Origin: a virus
Lineage: Duplodnaviria > Caudoviricetes
Direction: 5' to 3' (one strand)
Virus record (IMG/VR): IMGVR_UViG_3300037419_000894
Location: 1-64,000 of that record
Length of the DNA: 64,000 bases
Position numbers and translations under genes: made by a program. Below, in pieces: positions 1 to 8,377 of the stretch. Under the pieces are notes generated by a model. The model saw only the letters and a program-made list of their open reading frames with translations, was not told the DNA's origin and ran no database searches. Position 1 is the first letter of the stretch, and every line of letters begins with the position of its first letter.

Positions 1-262
1 TTTATTTGCAACAGGTGAATTTGCGGTCCAAGGTGGCCACTTGTGTGGATCTGTGGTATATACGCGCCCGCGGACGTTTTATTAGTTTGCATCAGGTCAG
101 AGATGGGATTTATTTTATTTTTTTTTTGGGATGGGGGTTCAACAAGACTAGAGGGGTATACCCTTTTATACTGTTGATAGTCTATCAGCGGAGGACTAGG
201 ATGATGTGCAGATTTCCACCCCGGCCCGCTGATGCACAGAATTTGGGCAGTTTACTTACGGA

Positions 263-1254
263 AACAAACGCGCACCCACGTTCCACGCACGTTCCACGCG
301 CGTATAAGCGCACGCAGCGCGCGCACGCTGTACCCCTAGCGCAAATTGTTCCACGCGCTTGTACCCACGTTCCACGCGGTTTAAACCGCATGCGCAGGGG
401 TAGCGCACCCGCATGCATAGCAGCGCGTACCACTGTCCATATCAACAGTGTTGTATCCACCCCACAAGACAAAAATATTTGCATCTACTGTATAAAAACC
501 CATTGTAATGCGCAGCGCACAGCGTACAATAAGCACTGTAGTAAGTGCAGTACGTAGTAAGGTGGTGCAGCGGTAAGCACCACTGGTAGCACCCCTGCTA
601 GCGCAACGCTACAGGTGGTACGTTCTTTAACAATGTGCAAGCGCACGTAGTAGCTACCCGTACATAGGTATCGGTAGCAGCGCAACCCCAGTAATACATA
701 CATAGCAATCGGTTCCTTACCCGCTGTGGCAGTTGCTAGCCAAAATGGTAAGTGGTGTAACAGCGCAGGGTACTCCCCTGTAACACAATGGTTGCTTCCT
801 GTATGTAACACATAGCTAGTAGCTATAGTGGGTAAAAGCTTAAACTGGTGCATTATTGCTATTTAGCAATACACTATTACATACCGTAATAGTGCACTTA
901 ACCTAAAGGGTAAACAAAATGGCTAAGCATACCAACACCAGCAACAATACCAACGCACAAGCTAACAATGCAGCTGCACTAGCAGCGCGCGTGCAAGCTA
1001 ACAACGCATACGTGCGTATGCAGCAGCGCATTGCAGCAGTGCAAGCGCAACGCGCAGCTAAGCATGCAGCACGCATTACCGCACGCAAGCAAGCAGCGTA
1101 CATGCAAGCAGTGCAACAGCTTGCTGCGCAATACGGTGTACCCGTACCTAACACCATGTCGGTGCGCGCATATAACAATGCGCAAAAGCACGCACCTAGC
1201 GCAGTACAGGGTGCATGTGCACGGGTGCACGCAATTGCTGCGCAGTACAACGGG
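263..1254. other. GA/TC-dinucleotide-depleted tract
   Basis: Manual count: 1 GA and about 15 TC in about 990 nt (about 60 each expected); none of either in 799-1158. Confidence 0.9.
280..377 (+). repeat. Four direct copies of GTTCCACGC
   Basis: Copies at 280, 291, 348, 369. Confidence 0.85.
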
Positions 1255-1380
1255 GACCGGGCTGCTACGCTTGCAGCATGCAAAGCAGAAGGTATTAACC
1301 CGGCTACCGCACAAACGCAGTATGCAAAGTACAAAAAGCTCCAGCAACAACAGCAACAGCAGCAAGAAGTAGAAGCATAA
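919..1380 (+). CDS. First early gene; Ala/Gln-rich protein with C-terminal putative DNA-binding domain (paralog family member 1)
   Basis: AAAGGG 8 nt before ATG; C-terminal GINPATAQTQYAKYK matches ORFs at 5805, 31746, 32589. Confidence 0.8.
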   Translation: MAKHTNTSNNTNAQANNAAALAARVQANNAYVRMQQRIAAVQAQRAAKHAARITARKQAAYMQAVQQLAAQYGVPVPNTMSVRAYNNAQKHAPSAVQGACARVHAIAAQYNGDRAATLAACKAEGINPATAQTQYAKYKKLQQQQQQQQEVEA

Positions 1381-1393
1381 TGCAACCGACCGC

Positions 1394-1418
1394 ACCCTGA
1401 CCCCAAGCGGGTCAGGGT
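1394..1418 (+). terminator. Hairpin after gene 919-1380, possible terminator or stabiliser
   Basis: Perfect 10-bp stem ACCCTGACCC/GGGTCAGGGT; weak U-tract. Confidence 0.45.
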
Positions 1419-1626
1419 ATTTCCACAAAGTAGCAATAATACACCAGTTTAGGCTAATCAAACACTTTGGGCCCGTAAAATGCGATACCTTACAAGTAAC
1501 GTTTCACGCACTAGGGCCCCGCATGCCCACGTGACAGGTGGCATGTGACTGCATCTTACCATAAAGGCCCTTCGGGCTATAGGGTGCAGTCACTGTACAA
1601 CATGCGTATATGATAGGAGAAATAAC

Positions 1627-1875
1627 ATGAACAAAGTCAACACCCCGGGCCATCAATTCCCAAATAACAAATACGTCAACACCTTCGCCTTGCTGCTTGG
1701 TATTACCTATGCAGCCCACGACGGTGTTAAGCGTAATGCAGTCGATGCGGAGTTGGAATTGCACGCACGCAAGCTAGTTGTGCGCGATTACATCCAAGAT
1801 AATCGCTTACCCGAAACTATCACCAAGGAACAGTCGGGCGCAATCATGCAAGCTTTTGTGTACTTCTATCTGTAA
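1627..1875 (+). CDS. Hypothetical early protein
   Basis: AGGAG RBS, 82 aa. Confidence 0.8.
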   Translation: MNKVNTPGHQFPNNKYVNTFALLLGITYAAHDGVKRNAVDAELELHARKLVVRDYIQDNRLPETITKEQSGAIMQAFVYFYL

Positions 1876-1924
1876 AGCAATTTACTAGCTATGCGTGCAT
1901 GGCTAGTGAGTGCGCTTTTGCACT
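1874..1924 (+). ncRNA. Junction pseudoknot motif copy E1
   Basis: AAAGC, 6-nt linker, hairpin 1885-1906, hairpin AGTGC-[GCTTTT]-GCACT whose loop complements AAAGC. Confidence 0.75.
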
Positions 1925-1941
1925 TGACAGGAGAAACAACT

Positions 1942-2238
1942 ATGAACACCTTTGACCCACGCACTGTAGTACCGTTCGTGAACGTAAAGCAATACATTCA
2001 CGCTGTACTGCAAGAAAACAACGTGTATGACCCTGAACTTGGGGATGACCAGTATTTCCTCGTTATGTACAATGCACGTGAAAAGCTGATTACTGACTGG
2101 CTGGACACGAACTACGGGGAGGACATCGAGGACTATGATGAGTTCTGCGTCCCTATGCACGAAATACATGATGTGTTTAACCACTACATGAAGTATGTGG
2201 AATACCTCATGTGGAACACAATTGCTAACAAGAAGTAG
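1942..2238 (+). CDS. Hypothetical acidic early protein
   Basis: GGAGA RBS before ATG 1942. Confidence 0.8.
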   Translation: MNTFDPRTVVPFVNVKQYIHAVLQENNVYDPELGDDQYFLVMYNAREKLITDWLDTNYGEDIEDYDEFCVPMHEIHDVFNHYMKYVEYLMWNTIANKK

Positions 2239-2295
2239 AGCCCTAGCTTATGACCACACTCTCACGGGTTGGTCATAGTCGAGCGCTCTTGCTCG
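2237..2295 (+). ncRNA. Junction pseudoknot motif copy E2
   Basis: AGAGC ... CGAGC-[GCTCTT]-GCTCG; first hairpin contains TGACCACAC. Confidence 0.75.
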
Positions 2296-2313
2296 GTACT
2301 ATAGGAGAATAAT

Positions 2314-2484
2314 ATGATTATGTTCCGTGGAATGGGTATCACGCATATTGTTGCAGGCGTGGTCCTGTGCGTAGCCCAAGCAATTGGCGTCAACATGGGG
2401 CCTGGTGACACGAACCTTATCATCGAGTCACAATTGTTTGGCGGCCTGTTTATGGCCGCGATTGGTTTCAAATTCAAGCTCTAA
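2314..2484 (+). CDS. Small membrane protein (56 aa, not in ORF track)
   Basis: AGGAGA RBS; MIMFRGMGITHIVAGVVLCVAQAIG...LFGGLFMAAIGFKFKL; two hydrophobic segments. Confidence 0.7.
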   Translation: MIMFRGMGITHIVAGVVLCVAQAIGVNMGPGDTNLIIESQLFGGLFMAAIGFKFKL

Positions 2485-2529
2485 GAGTTCTAGCGTTAGC
2501 CTTTGGGCTAACTCGAGCGCTCTTGCTCG
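2483..2529 (+). ncRNA. Junction pseudoknot motif copy E3
   Basis: AAGAGT ... GTTAGCC/GGCTAAC hairpin ... CGAGC-[GCTCTT]-GCTCG. Confidence 0.75.
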
Positions 2530-2556
2530 CAACCACCACATGAAAGGAGAAGCAGC

Positions 2557-2703
2557 ATGCACATTATCTGGTATCAACTCCTAAATGAAGAGACTGGTAA
2601 GCAGTACAAGATTGAATGCGAGCGGTTGGAAGAGGCTCAACTCGTCTGGGACTCGCTGGTCTACCTTCGCAATGCATACCGGGTCACCTGTAAGCGTCCG
2701 TAA
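2557..2703 (+). CDS. Small hypothetical protein (48 aa, not in ORF track)
   Basis: AAGGAG RBS; MHIIWYQLLNEETGKQY...TCKRP. Confidence 0.7.
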   Translation: MHIIWYQLLNEETGKQYKIECERLEEAQLVWDSLVYLRNAYRVTCKRP

Positions 2704-2753
2704 GAGCAATTTACAATCTCAGCTCGCTGGGATTGCGAGTGCGCTTTTGCACT
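2702..2753 (+). ncRNA. Junction pseudoknot motif copy E4
   Basis: AAGAGC ... CAATCTCAG/CTGGGATTG hairpin ... AGTGC-[GCTTTT]-GCACT. Confidence 0.75.
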
Positions 2754-2779
2754 GCATTCCACAACCAAGGAGAATCAAA

Positions 2780-2977
2780 ATGGCACAAGAGAAAGCATCC
2801 CCATTCGCATCGCTGTTCGAGGCAACTAACAAGGTCTCGAACGACGACCAAATCATCTTCAAGCTTCCCAAGGCGCATCGCGAGGCCTTCGCCGAGCTCT
2901 GCAAGAAGCACAACACCGACATGTCGACTGTGCTTCGCAAGTTCGTGGCAGCGCAAGTGACTTCGAGCGAGGAGTAA
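2780..2977 (+). CDS. Ribbon-helix-helix (CopG/Arc-like) DNA-binding protein
   Basis: IIFKLPKAHREAFAELCKKHNTDMSTVLRKFV fits the strand-helix-helix pattern; AAGGAG RBS. Confidence 0.65.
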   Translation: MAQEKASPFASLFEATNKVSNDDQIIFKLPKAHREAFAELCKKHNTDMSTVLRKFVAAQVTSSEE

Positions 2978-2981
2978 TGCC

Positions 2982-3239
2982 ATGACCACACAACAGACTT
3001 ACACTGTGGTCATCAACGAGTACCAGCGCAACATGCTGGCAGACATCCTGCAAGCTGTTTGTGCGCGCGACGATCTTAAGGATTTTCGCGACGTACTTAA
3101 GTCTCACGCTGGTGATGACAGCGTCTTTCTTGGCGAGGACAGCATGTACGAGGAAATGGAGACTTTCCTTGCGATGTTGAACGACATGCCACTCGCCGAA
3201 CGTTCTACACCGGGTTGCACTCACGGCTTCTGTTGCTAA
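2982..3239 (+). CDS. Hypothetical protein, probable paralog of 13741-14001
   Basis: GGAG RBS; shared I-x-E-x-QR-x2-L and ML-x2-[ML]P...G-x2-H patterns. Confidence 0.75.
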   Translation: MTTQQTYTVVINEYQRNMLADILQAVCARDDLKDFRDVLKSHAGDDSVFLGEDSMYEEMETFLAMLNDMPLAERSTPGCTHGFCC

Positions 3240-3242
3240 CGT

Positions 3243-3292
3243 AAAGTAATCTCCTGCCTTAGCGTGCTAGGGCAGTGGATGCACTTTGCATC
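3243..3292 (+). ncRNA. Junction pseudoknot motif copy E5
   Basis: AAAGT ... GATGC-[ACTTT]-GCATC; compensatory change relative to E1. Confidence 0.75.
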
Positions 3293-3311
3293 TCAACCTA
3301 AAGGAGCTATC

Positions 3312-3572
3312 ATGAAACTCGACGACAACCAAGTAGCAACCATTAGCCTTCAGGAACTGCACGACATCTTGGGCAACGGTGATCTTGGTATCACTGACCC
3401 AGCAACTGGCCAGCTCATGCTGCCTGCAGGATTCGAACTGGAGGTCATTGCTATGGACCCACAGACCGAAGGGAACATGAACAAGATCATGAACCGACTG
3501 AATGCTGTGCGCGACGAGCTCGCTAAACTTGACTCTGCGTTCCACGACGAGTTCGACGGCGCATACTGCTAG
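3312..3572 (+). CDS. Hypothetical acidic protein
   Basis: AAGGAG RBS before ATG 3312. Confidence 0.8.
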   Translation: MKLDDNQVATISLQELHDILGNGDLGITDPATGQLMLPAGFELEVIAMDPQTEGNMNKIMNRLNAVRDELAKLDSAFHDEFDGAYC

Positions 3573-3620
3573 AGTAATCTTACACCTCAGCGTGCTGGGG
3601 TGTTGGATGCACTTTGCATC
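3571..3620 (+). ncRNA. Junction pseudoknot motif copy E6
   Basis: AGAGT ... ACACCTCAG/CTGGGGTGT hairpin ... GATGC-[ACTTT]-GCATC. Confidence 0.75.
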
Positions 3621-3651
3621 GTCCCACCACAACAAATCCAAGAGGCTAAAA

Positions 3652-3855
3652 ATGTTAAAAATCAAAGTCTACTTCTACACCGCAGCATTCGCAGCAGTGC
3701 TCGCGGCAATTTATGGCATCAAGGCTGCGCTGAGCGGTTTGGAACGTGACCCTGTCAACGGCCCACTGTGTACAGCATTTACGATGGTTTCAATTGCTTT
3801 GTACATGATGTGCCTGGAAGCGAAGCAGCAGCTCAAACTCACTAAAGGAGAATAA
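3652..3855 (+). CDS. Small membrane protein
   Basis: GAGG RBS; two hydrophobic helices. Confidence 0.7.
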   Translation: MLKIKVYFYTAAFAAVLAAIYGIKAALSGLERDPVNGPLCTAFTMVSIALYMMCLEAKQQLKLTKGE

Positions 3856-3856
3856 T

Positions 3857-4132
3857 ATGCCTATCGCAGAACGCCAAAAATCCGCAGAAGCTAAGCCCTT
3901 GGACCAAATGACTATCCGGGAGCTTGCACTCACCATCCGCAATGCGTGGCCCAAGCCATACTTCGGCGCCAAGCCTTACATCGAGGCGATGCTGACGCTC
4001 GAGAAACTGAGCGACATGTATTTCTACGACAGCGGCCGCGACATCGTCACGTATTTCCTCGCGAACGCAGGCACATGGCGCGGCGGCATTGCTCAGATGG
4101 TCAAGGCTGAGCTCAAGCGCCGCCTGAAGTAG
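3857..4132 (+). CDS. Hypothetical phage protein
   Basis: AAGGAG RBS; 91 aa. Confidence 0.85.
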   Translation: MPIAERQKSAEAKPLDQMTIRELALTIRNAWPKPYFGAKPYIEAMLTLEKLSDMYFYDSGRDIVTYFLANAGTWRGGIAQMVKAELKRRLK

Positions 4133-4133
4133 T

Positions 4134-4192
4134 AAGAGTAATCTACAAGCTCGTGACCACACATCGCGGGCTTGTGGGTGCGCTCTTGCACC
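4134..4192 (+). ncRNA. Junction pseudoknot motif copy E7
   Basis: AAGAGT ... hairpin 4145-4175 with ACCACAC in its loop ... GGTGC-[GCTCTT]-GCACC. Confidence 0.75.
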
Positions 4193-4213
4193 TCCACCCA
4201 CAAAGGAGAAACT

Positions 4214-4432
4214 ATGACTACTCATATTATCAAATGCGACGAACACGGCGACGCCACCCTCTACGGTGAACTTCTTATTTGCCGTTACCTTGCAGGCGAC
4301 TGCGACACGATCGACTTCAAGAACCCAAATATGACGAACTTGAAGCATGCCCTGTACGATCTCCGCGAATGCAGCGATAAGATCAAGTACAGCGACAATT
4401 TCTCGATCGACGGCGTCGTCTTTACTGTTTAA
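4214..4432 (+). CDS. Hypothetical protein
   Basis: AAGGAG RBS before ATG 4214. Confidence 0.8.
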   Translation: MTTHIIKCDEHGDATLYGELLICRYLAGDCDTIDFKNPNMTNLKHALYDLRECSDKIKYSDNFSIDGVVFTV

Positions 4433-4449
4433 CAACAAGGAGAATTAAA

Positions 4450-4878
4450 ATGAGCCACACTATCGATTACAGCGCCCTTGAAGGTGACGCAAAACGCGAA
4501 GCAGCCATGAAAGATATCAAATTCTGGCTGGGCGAGGACACATTCAAGCGGATGCAAGCAAGTGTCGTGGCGGAGTACAAAGACAAGCCTTTCAGTCTTG
4601 AAACCTTCCGCTTCAGCGCATCGTTTGCAGGTGTCCAAGGTTACCCGGTCCAGGCCTGGTTCGAGACCGTTGTGGCGGAGGCTAAGATGGTTGCTATCAA
4701 GGGCGTGCGCGCCGACGGCATTGAAGTCTGGTACACCGGCAAAGCGGATGCAGAGTGGATCTCTGTATTTTCGGACGACGCCTTCATGGGCTACAACCTC
4801 GAGGGCGCCAAACGCAAGGCTGAGATCTTGAATCACTCGAGCACCATGACCGGCATCACTTTCGCGCCAGACGTGTAA
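4450..4878 (+). CDS. Hypothetical protein
   Basis: AAGGAG RBS; 142 aa. Confidence 0.85.
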   Translation: MSHTIDYSALEGDAKREAAMKDIKFWLGEDTFKRMQASVVAEYKDKPFSLETFRFSASFAGVQGYPVQAWFETVVAEAKMVAIKGVRADGIEVWYTGKADAEWISVFSDDAFMGYNLEGAKRKAEILNHSSTMTGITFAPDV

Positions 4879-4925
4879 AGCTGCAATGAAAGCCTCCACG
4901 CGGGGCTTTCGTGGCAATTTTGCCA
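4877..4925 (+). ncRNA. Junction motif copy E8 (imperfect pseudoknot pairing)
   Basis: AAAGCT ... GAAAGCC/GGCTTTC hairpin ... TGGC-[AATTTT]-GCCA; one mismatch. Confidence 0.5.
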
Positions 4926-4946
4926 GTCCCACCTAAGGAGAATCAA

Positions 4947-5144
4947 ATGGCTGTACATATCTGGATGGATGAAACATCTGGAGAAATCTCGATCAGTGCT
5001 TTTGAACCTGAAAGCACATTCTACGAAGCAAACCACATCATCTTGGTTGAAGATCGTGGCGGGAAAGTGAACAAACACCCATCGGTGCTCAACATCCTGC
5101 AGAATGTGTTGGAGCAAGCAGGCGTTCAAGTTATTCGTGATTAA
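4947..5144 (+). CDS. Hypothetical protein
   Basis: AAGGAG RBS before ATG 4947. Confidence 0.8.
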   Translation: MAVHIWMDETSGEISISAFEPESTFYEANHIILVEDRGGKVNKHPSVLNILQNVLEQAGVQVIRD

Positions 5145-5164
5145 ATTTTAACAAGGAGAATCAA

Positions 5165-5626
5165 ATGAAACAGAAACAAATCTTAGCCGTTATCGGTGGC
5201 GTCACCTTCACGAGCCTGCCTATTGGCGAGAAAGAGGCGCAGCATGTCCTAGACAGCTTCAGCCGCGCAGCCCCAAATTGCGATCCGCAAATCGTCGATG
5301 CCCAACCCGTGACCACACCCATCCGGAATGAGGATGTCGCGGCTGCTGTAAAAGCCGGACTGAAGAGTTATGATCGAGAGCTCTTAGCTCGAGGCAACAA
5401 TCTCGACGTTCTGCCAGCGAATCTGCTCAAGAACCTTGTGGATTACTACGTTGAAATGGGCGCGGCTCGCGACGAAACGGCTGCTCGTGCACTGCTGCGC
5501 ACCGCCTCCTTCGACGGTCTGCTCCGGGCATTCTGTGCATGGAACGGATACGGCGTGAATCCTGGTTCCTTGGCTAGTGCTGTGCGCCAGCTGTACAAAG
5601 CTGTTCATGGCGATAGCGATTCTTAA
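5165..5626 (+). CDS. Hypothetical protein
   Basis: AAGGAG RBS; 153 aa. Confidence 0.85.
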   Translation: MKQKQILAVIGGVTFTSLPIGEKEAQHVLDSFSRAAPNCDPQIVDAQPVTTPIRNEDVAAAVKAGLKSYDRELLARGNNLDVLPANLLKNLVDYYVEMGAARDETAARALLRTASFDGLLRAFCAWNGYGVNPGSLASAVRQLYKAVHGDSDS

Positions 5627-5706
5627 TAAAAAGCGTCCGCCCGGTTGTTAAATCGCAAGCCCACCGGGCATTTTTGCTGTACAATGGAGTTTGTGTTGTG
5701 CAAAAG

Positions 5707-5766
5707 CCGCGCTGATGAGACCTAAAAGGTCGAAACTTCCAGCCCGAAGGGGTTGGAGGTCCGCGG
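5707..5766 (+). ncRNA. Hammerhead ribozyme, type I (HHR-1)
   Basis: Stem I CCGCG/CGCGG; CTGATGA 5712-5718; stem II GACC-TAAAA-GGTC; GAAA 5732-5735; 10-bp stem III; GTC cleavage triplet 5759-5761. Confidence 0.92.
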
Positions 5767-5804
5767 ATGTCCGCGAATAACCACACCACAGGAGTATTAC
5801 CATC

Positions 5805-6509
5805 ATGGCAACTGACAAACAAGCAGCTCGCGCAGGTCGTAACGTCAAAGCAGCCGACGCAGTCGTGGCAAACGGCACGAAAGCTGCCAAAGCCCCGCGC
5901 AAAGTCCCGGCTGGCACACTGTCCGAGAAGCCGAAAATGGCTGAACCGACCAATCCTCCGGTCGAAATCACGGAAGAGCAGCGCAAGGCTGACCGTCGCG
6001 CTGACGACATCACCAAGAACGACGCAATGGCCAGGTTCGTGGCACAGCAGACTGGCGAAACCAAGCCGAAAGTCGACATAGCTGCGTTCGAGGCTGAAAT
6101 GGCTGCGCTGAAAGCTAAGTACGGCGTCACCGCTGAAGTGAAGGTCAAGGCCTCGAAAGGTGATAAAATCGTCCAGAACGGCGTGACCAGGCCTGCAGCC
6201 AGCACCCTATGCGGTAAAATCTGGGCCGCAGCCGACCGCATCAGCCAGCGCATTCACAGCGTGGCGCCGATCGCACTGCTGCGCGAGGATCCGGAGCTGA
6301 AGGGTGTGAATGACCACACTATCAAGACGCAGTACGCGAAATGGCGTGCGTTCAACAACGTCTCGGGCCGGCTCCCGCGCATCCAGGCTGTGCACCAGCC
6401 GGCGGAAGGCATCTACAACGAAGCCCTCCCGCATATCGTGCAACCGCAGGCAACTGAGCCTGCCAAAAGCGAGGAGCAGCCGGCTAGCGACGCACCAGCA
6501 GCTGAATAA
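5805..6509 (+). CDS. Ala/Lys-rich protein with putative DNA-binding C-terminal domain (paralog family member 2)
   Basis: CAGGAG RBS; GVTRP...CGKIWAAAD...GVNDHTIKTQYAKWR. Confidence 0.85.
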   Translation: MATDKQAARAGRNVKAADAVVANGTKAAKAPRKVPAGTLSEKPKMAEPTNPPVEITEEQRKADRRADDITKNDAMARFVAQQTGETKPKVDIAAFEAEMAALKAKYGVTAEVKVKASKGDKIVQNGVTRPAASTLCGKIWAAADRISQRIHSVAPIALLREDPELKGVNDHTIKTQYAKWRAFNNVSGRLPRIQAVHQPAEGIYNEALPHIVQPQATEPAKSEEQPASDAPAAE

Positions 6510-6531
6510 GCCTTCGGACTTGGTCCACACA

Positions 6532-6553
6532 GGGAGCTTCGGCTCCCTTTTTT
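6532..6553 (+). terminator. Rho-independent terminator
   Basis: GGGAGC-TTCG-GCTCCC followed by T6. Confidence 0.9.
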
Positions 6554-6583
6554 ATTGACTGTAACCACACTCAGGAGTATTAC

Positions 6584-6844
6584 ATGTTCGAATTACAAAG
6601 CATTGAAATCGTCAATAGTGCTCTGGCTGAAATTGAACCTGCAATGTTGAAAGCGTGCCTTGCCAAGGTTGCCGACCAAATCGTGAACAGCGGCCTGCGC
6701 AATCGTGCAAGGATTGTGATCTCCAAGCGCACTTCAACAGGTTGGCTGGAATACCCGATCACAATCTTCAATGAGGACCATGTGGCAATATACATTGTAG
6801 CGATACAGCGCACGGTCGATAGCGAAGTTGAGTTTCATTCGTGA
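6584..6844 (+). CDS. Hypothetical protein
   Basis: CAGGAG RBS; 86 aa. Confidence 0.8.
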   Translation: MFELQSIEIVNSALAEIEPAMLKACLAKVADQIVNSGLRNRARIVISKRTSTGWLEYPITIFNEDHVAIYIVAIQRTVDSEVEFHS

Positions 6845-7290
6845 CCACACTCCTGCGGTGCGAATAGGTGCTGTTTGACCTGCTCGCGCTGAGGTTCTGG
6901 TGTTGTGAATTGCATCAATTCATACCCTGTGACAGAGGGTATGTGTGGGAGCAATTAAATACGGGTGGCTACCCTAGTCACCATGCGTTTCACCCTACTC
7001 CGACTAGGGGGGTGCTCATTTGCCCGATTTGTAGGCATCCGACTACCCTCCCCTTACTTTGCCTAAATACCGAGCAAAAATGGTGTTCCAATAGACAGAA
7101 TATGGTATAAATAAGTAATTAAGATTTTTGGTGCTCTGTATAGGGAAAAGTAGTAGTAAATAGTAGTAATGCAATAAAAACGTTAGTCTTTGAAATAAAT
7201 ACAGGAGTAGGTAGGGTTTACTTTTACCCCTCGCACCCCCAACCCGCGCAAAACTCCTAATGCAATGGTCCTACCCCAACATTTTAAATG

Positions 7291-7299
7291 TGCTACAAT
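7291..7299 (+). promoter_or_regulatory. Extended -10 promoter element
   Basis: TGcTACAAT about 30 nt upstream of ORF 7332. Confidence 0.5.
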
Positions 7300-7331
7300 A
7301 GGGGCTCCCATACTTTATTTAAAGGTGCCAA

Positions 7332-8150
7332 ATGCTACAGCTCACTACCCACGTCTCCCAAGAGACTGCCTTTCGTTTCGATTATTTTCCATACACCTTC
7401 GGACACTATTGCCCGATTCGTGTTTGGGTGGACTCCAAGACCGGTAAGGGCCAGCGCCTAGCGTACCGCACGTTCAACCCAATTGACCGTGAGTGGACCA
7501 AACCCAAGTTGTCCGCATACTTCGATCTGGTATTCCTGTTCGAAAAACATGGGTTCGTCACCGAGCAGCTAATCAGCTTCCAAAGCATGCCTCTCGACGA
7601 CCTTCTGCACATTGTCTCGCACTACTACGTAACGTCAGAGCAAAAGCAGCGCATCCAAGCCTACCTAGCAACCGTGGCCAATGTAGGCCGCACAAACTGG
7701 GCAAGTCCTACAGAGCATGCGCAACATCCTGGAGGTTACGAGGTACAAGAGTTATCCATCACAAACAGCGACCCGCTGCTCACAACCAGCTCGCACCTCA
7801 TTGTTCCTGAACCACCTGCGATTGAGCAAAAGCAACTCGGGCGCCCGCCTAGCAAAAACTTGTGGAACGCGCCAAAGGTAGTGGAAGCCACACCAGACAC
7901 AAGTGTGGTCAACGCTCCCAAGCCTTGGTTGCGCGGTCCTCAGCAGCCTGCAATGTCTCAAGCAGCTACAACGTCCCTGCAAAAGCTCATTGATCAAATA
8001 CACGATCATACAGCACTGTTACTTAAGCGCGGAGACGAGCGTGACGAGTATTACATCAATCGAGGTCGTCAAAACCCGGACAACTTCAAGAGCGAAACAC
8101 AAGTGCGCAATTACGCCGCAGTTCTAGGCATCACACTCATCGAAGATTAA
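7332..8150 (+). CDS. Hypothetical protein with Pro-rich linker
   Basis: 272-aa ORF, AAGGT RBS. Confidence 0.8.
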   Translation: MLQLTTHVSQETAFRFDYFPYTFGHYCPIRVWVDSKTGKGQRLAYRTFNPIDREWTKPKLSAYFDLVFLFEKHGFVTEQLISFQSMPLDDLLHIVSHYYVTSEQKQRIQAYLATVANVGRTNWASPTEHAQHPGGYEVQELSITNSDPLLTTSSHLIVPEPPAIEQKQLGRPPSKNLWNAPKVVEATPDTSVVNAPKPWLRGPQQPAMSQAATTSLQKLIDQIHDHTALLLKRGDERDEYYINRGRQNPDNFKSETQVRNYAAVLGITLIED

Positions 8151-8174
8151 CCACACAACCCGAAAGGAACCATC

Positions 8175-8369
8175 ATGTACAACATCTTAGTCACAACCTT
8201 CGTACTCCGCGAGCAACAAATCGTCACCGTGGCTTCTGCCGTAATAAGCGCACCAACAACCGCCGAGGCCGACGCAATCCTTAAGAACGCCAAGAAAACT
8301 TGGTTTGCCAATGACAACCACATCATCCGCATGTTCGAACCGCTGTACAATCTCGGCAGCCCGATCTAG
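8175..8369 (+). CDS. Hypothetical protein
   Basis: AAAGGA RBS. Confidence 0.75.
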   Translation: MYNILVTTFVLREQQIVTVASAVISAPTTAEADAILKNAKKTWFANDNHIIRMFEPLYNLGSPI

Positions 8370-8377
8370 GACACCAA

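Noticed and set aside
6-853. ORFs 6-557, 185-484 and 485-853
   Set aside because: No RBS, and low-complexity translation. They are likely by-products of the unusual composition, since lacking GA/TC removes TGA stops on both strands.
2237-2529. AGAGTTCTAGC / AGAGCCCTAGC resembling the start of a preQ1-I riboswitch
   Set aside because: No A-rich L3 or matching P2, other copies lack these nucleotides, and the copies are far from the que genes.
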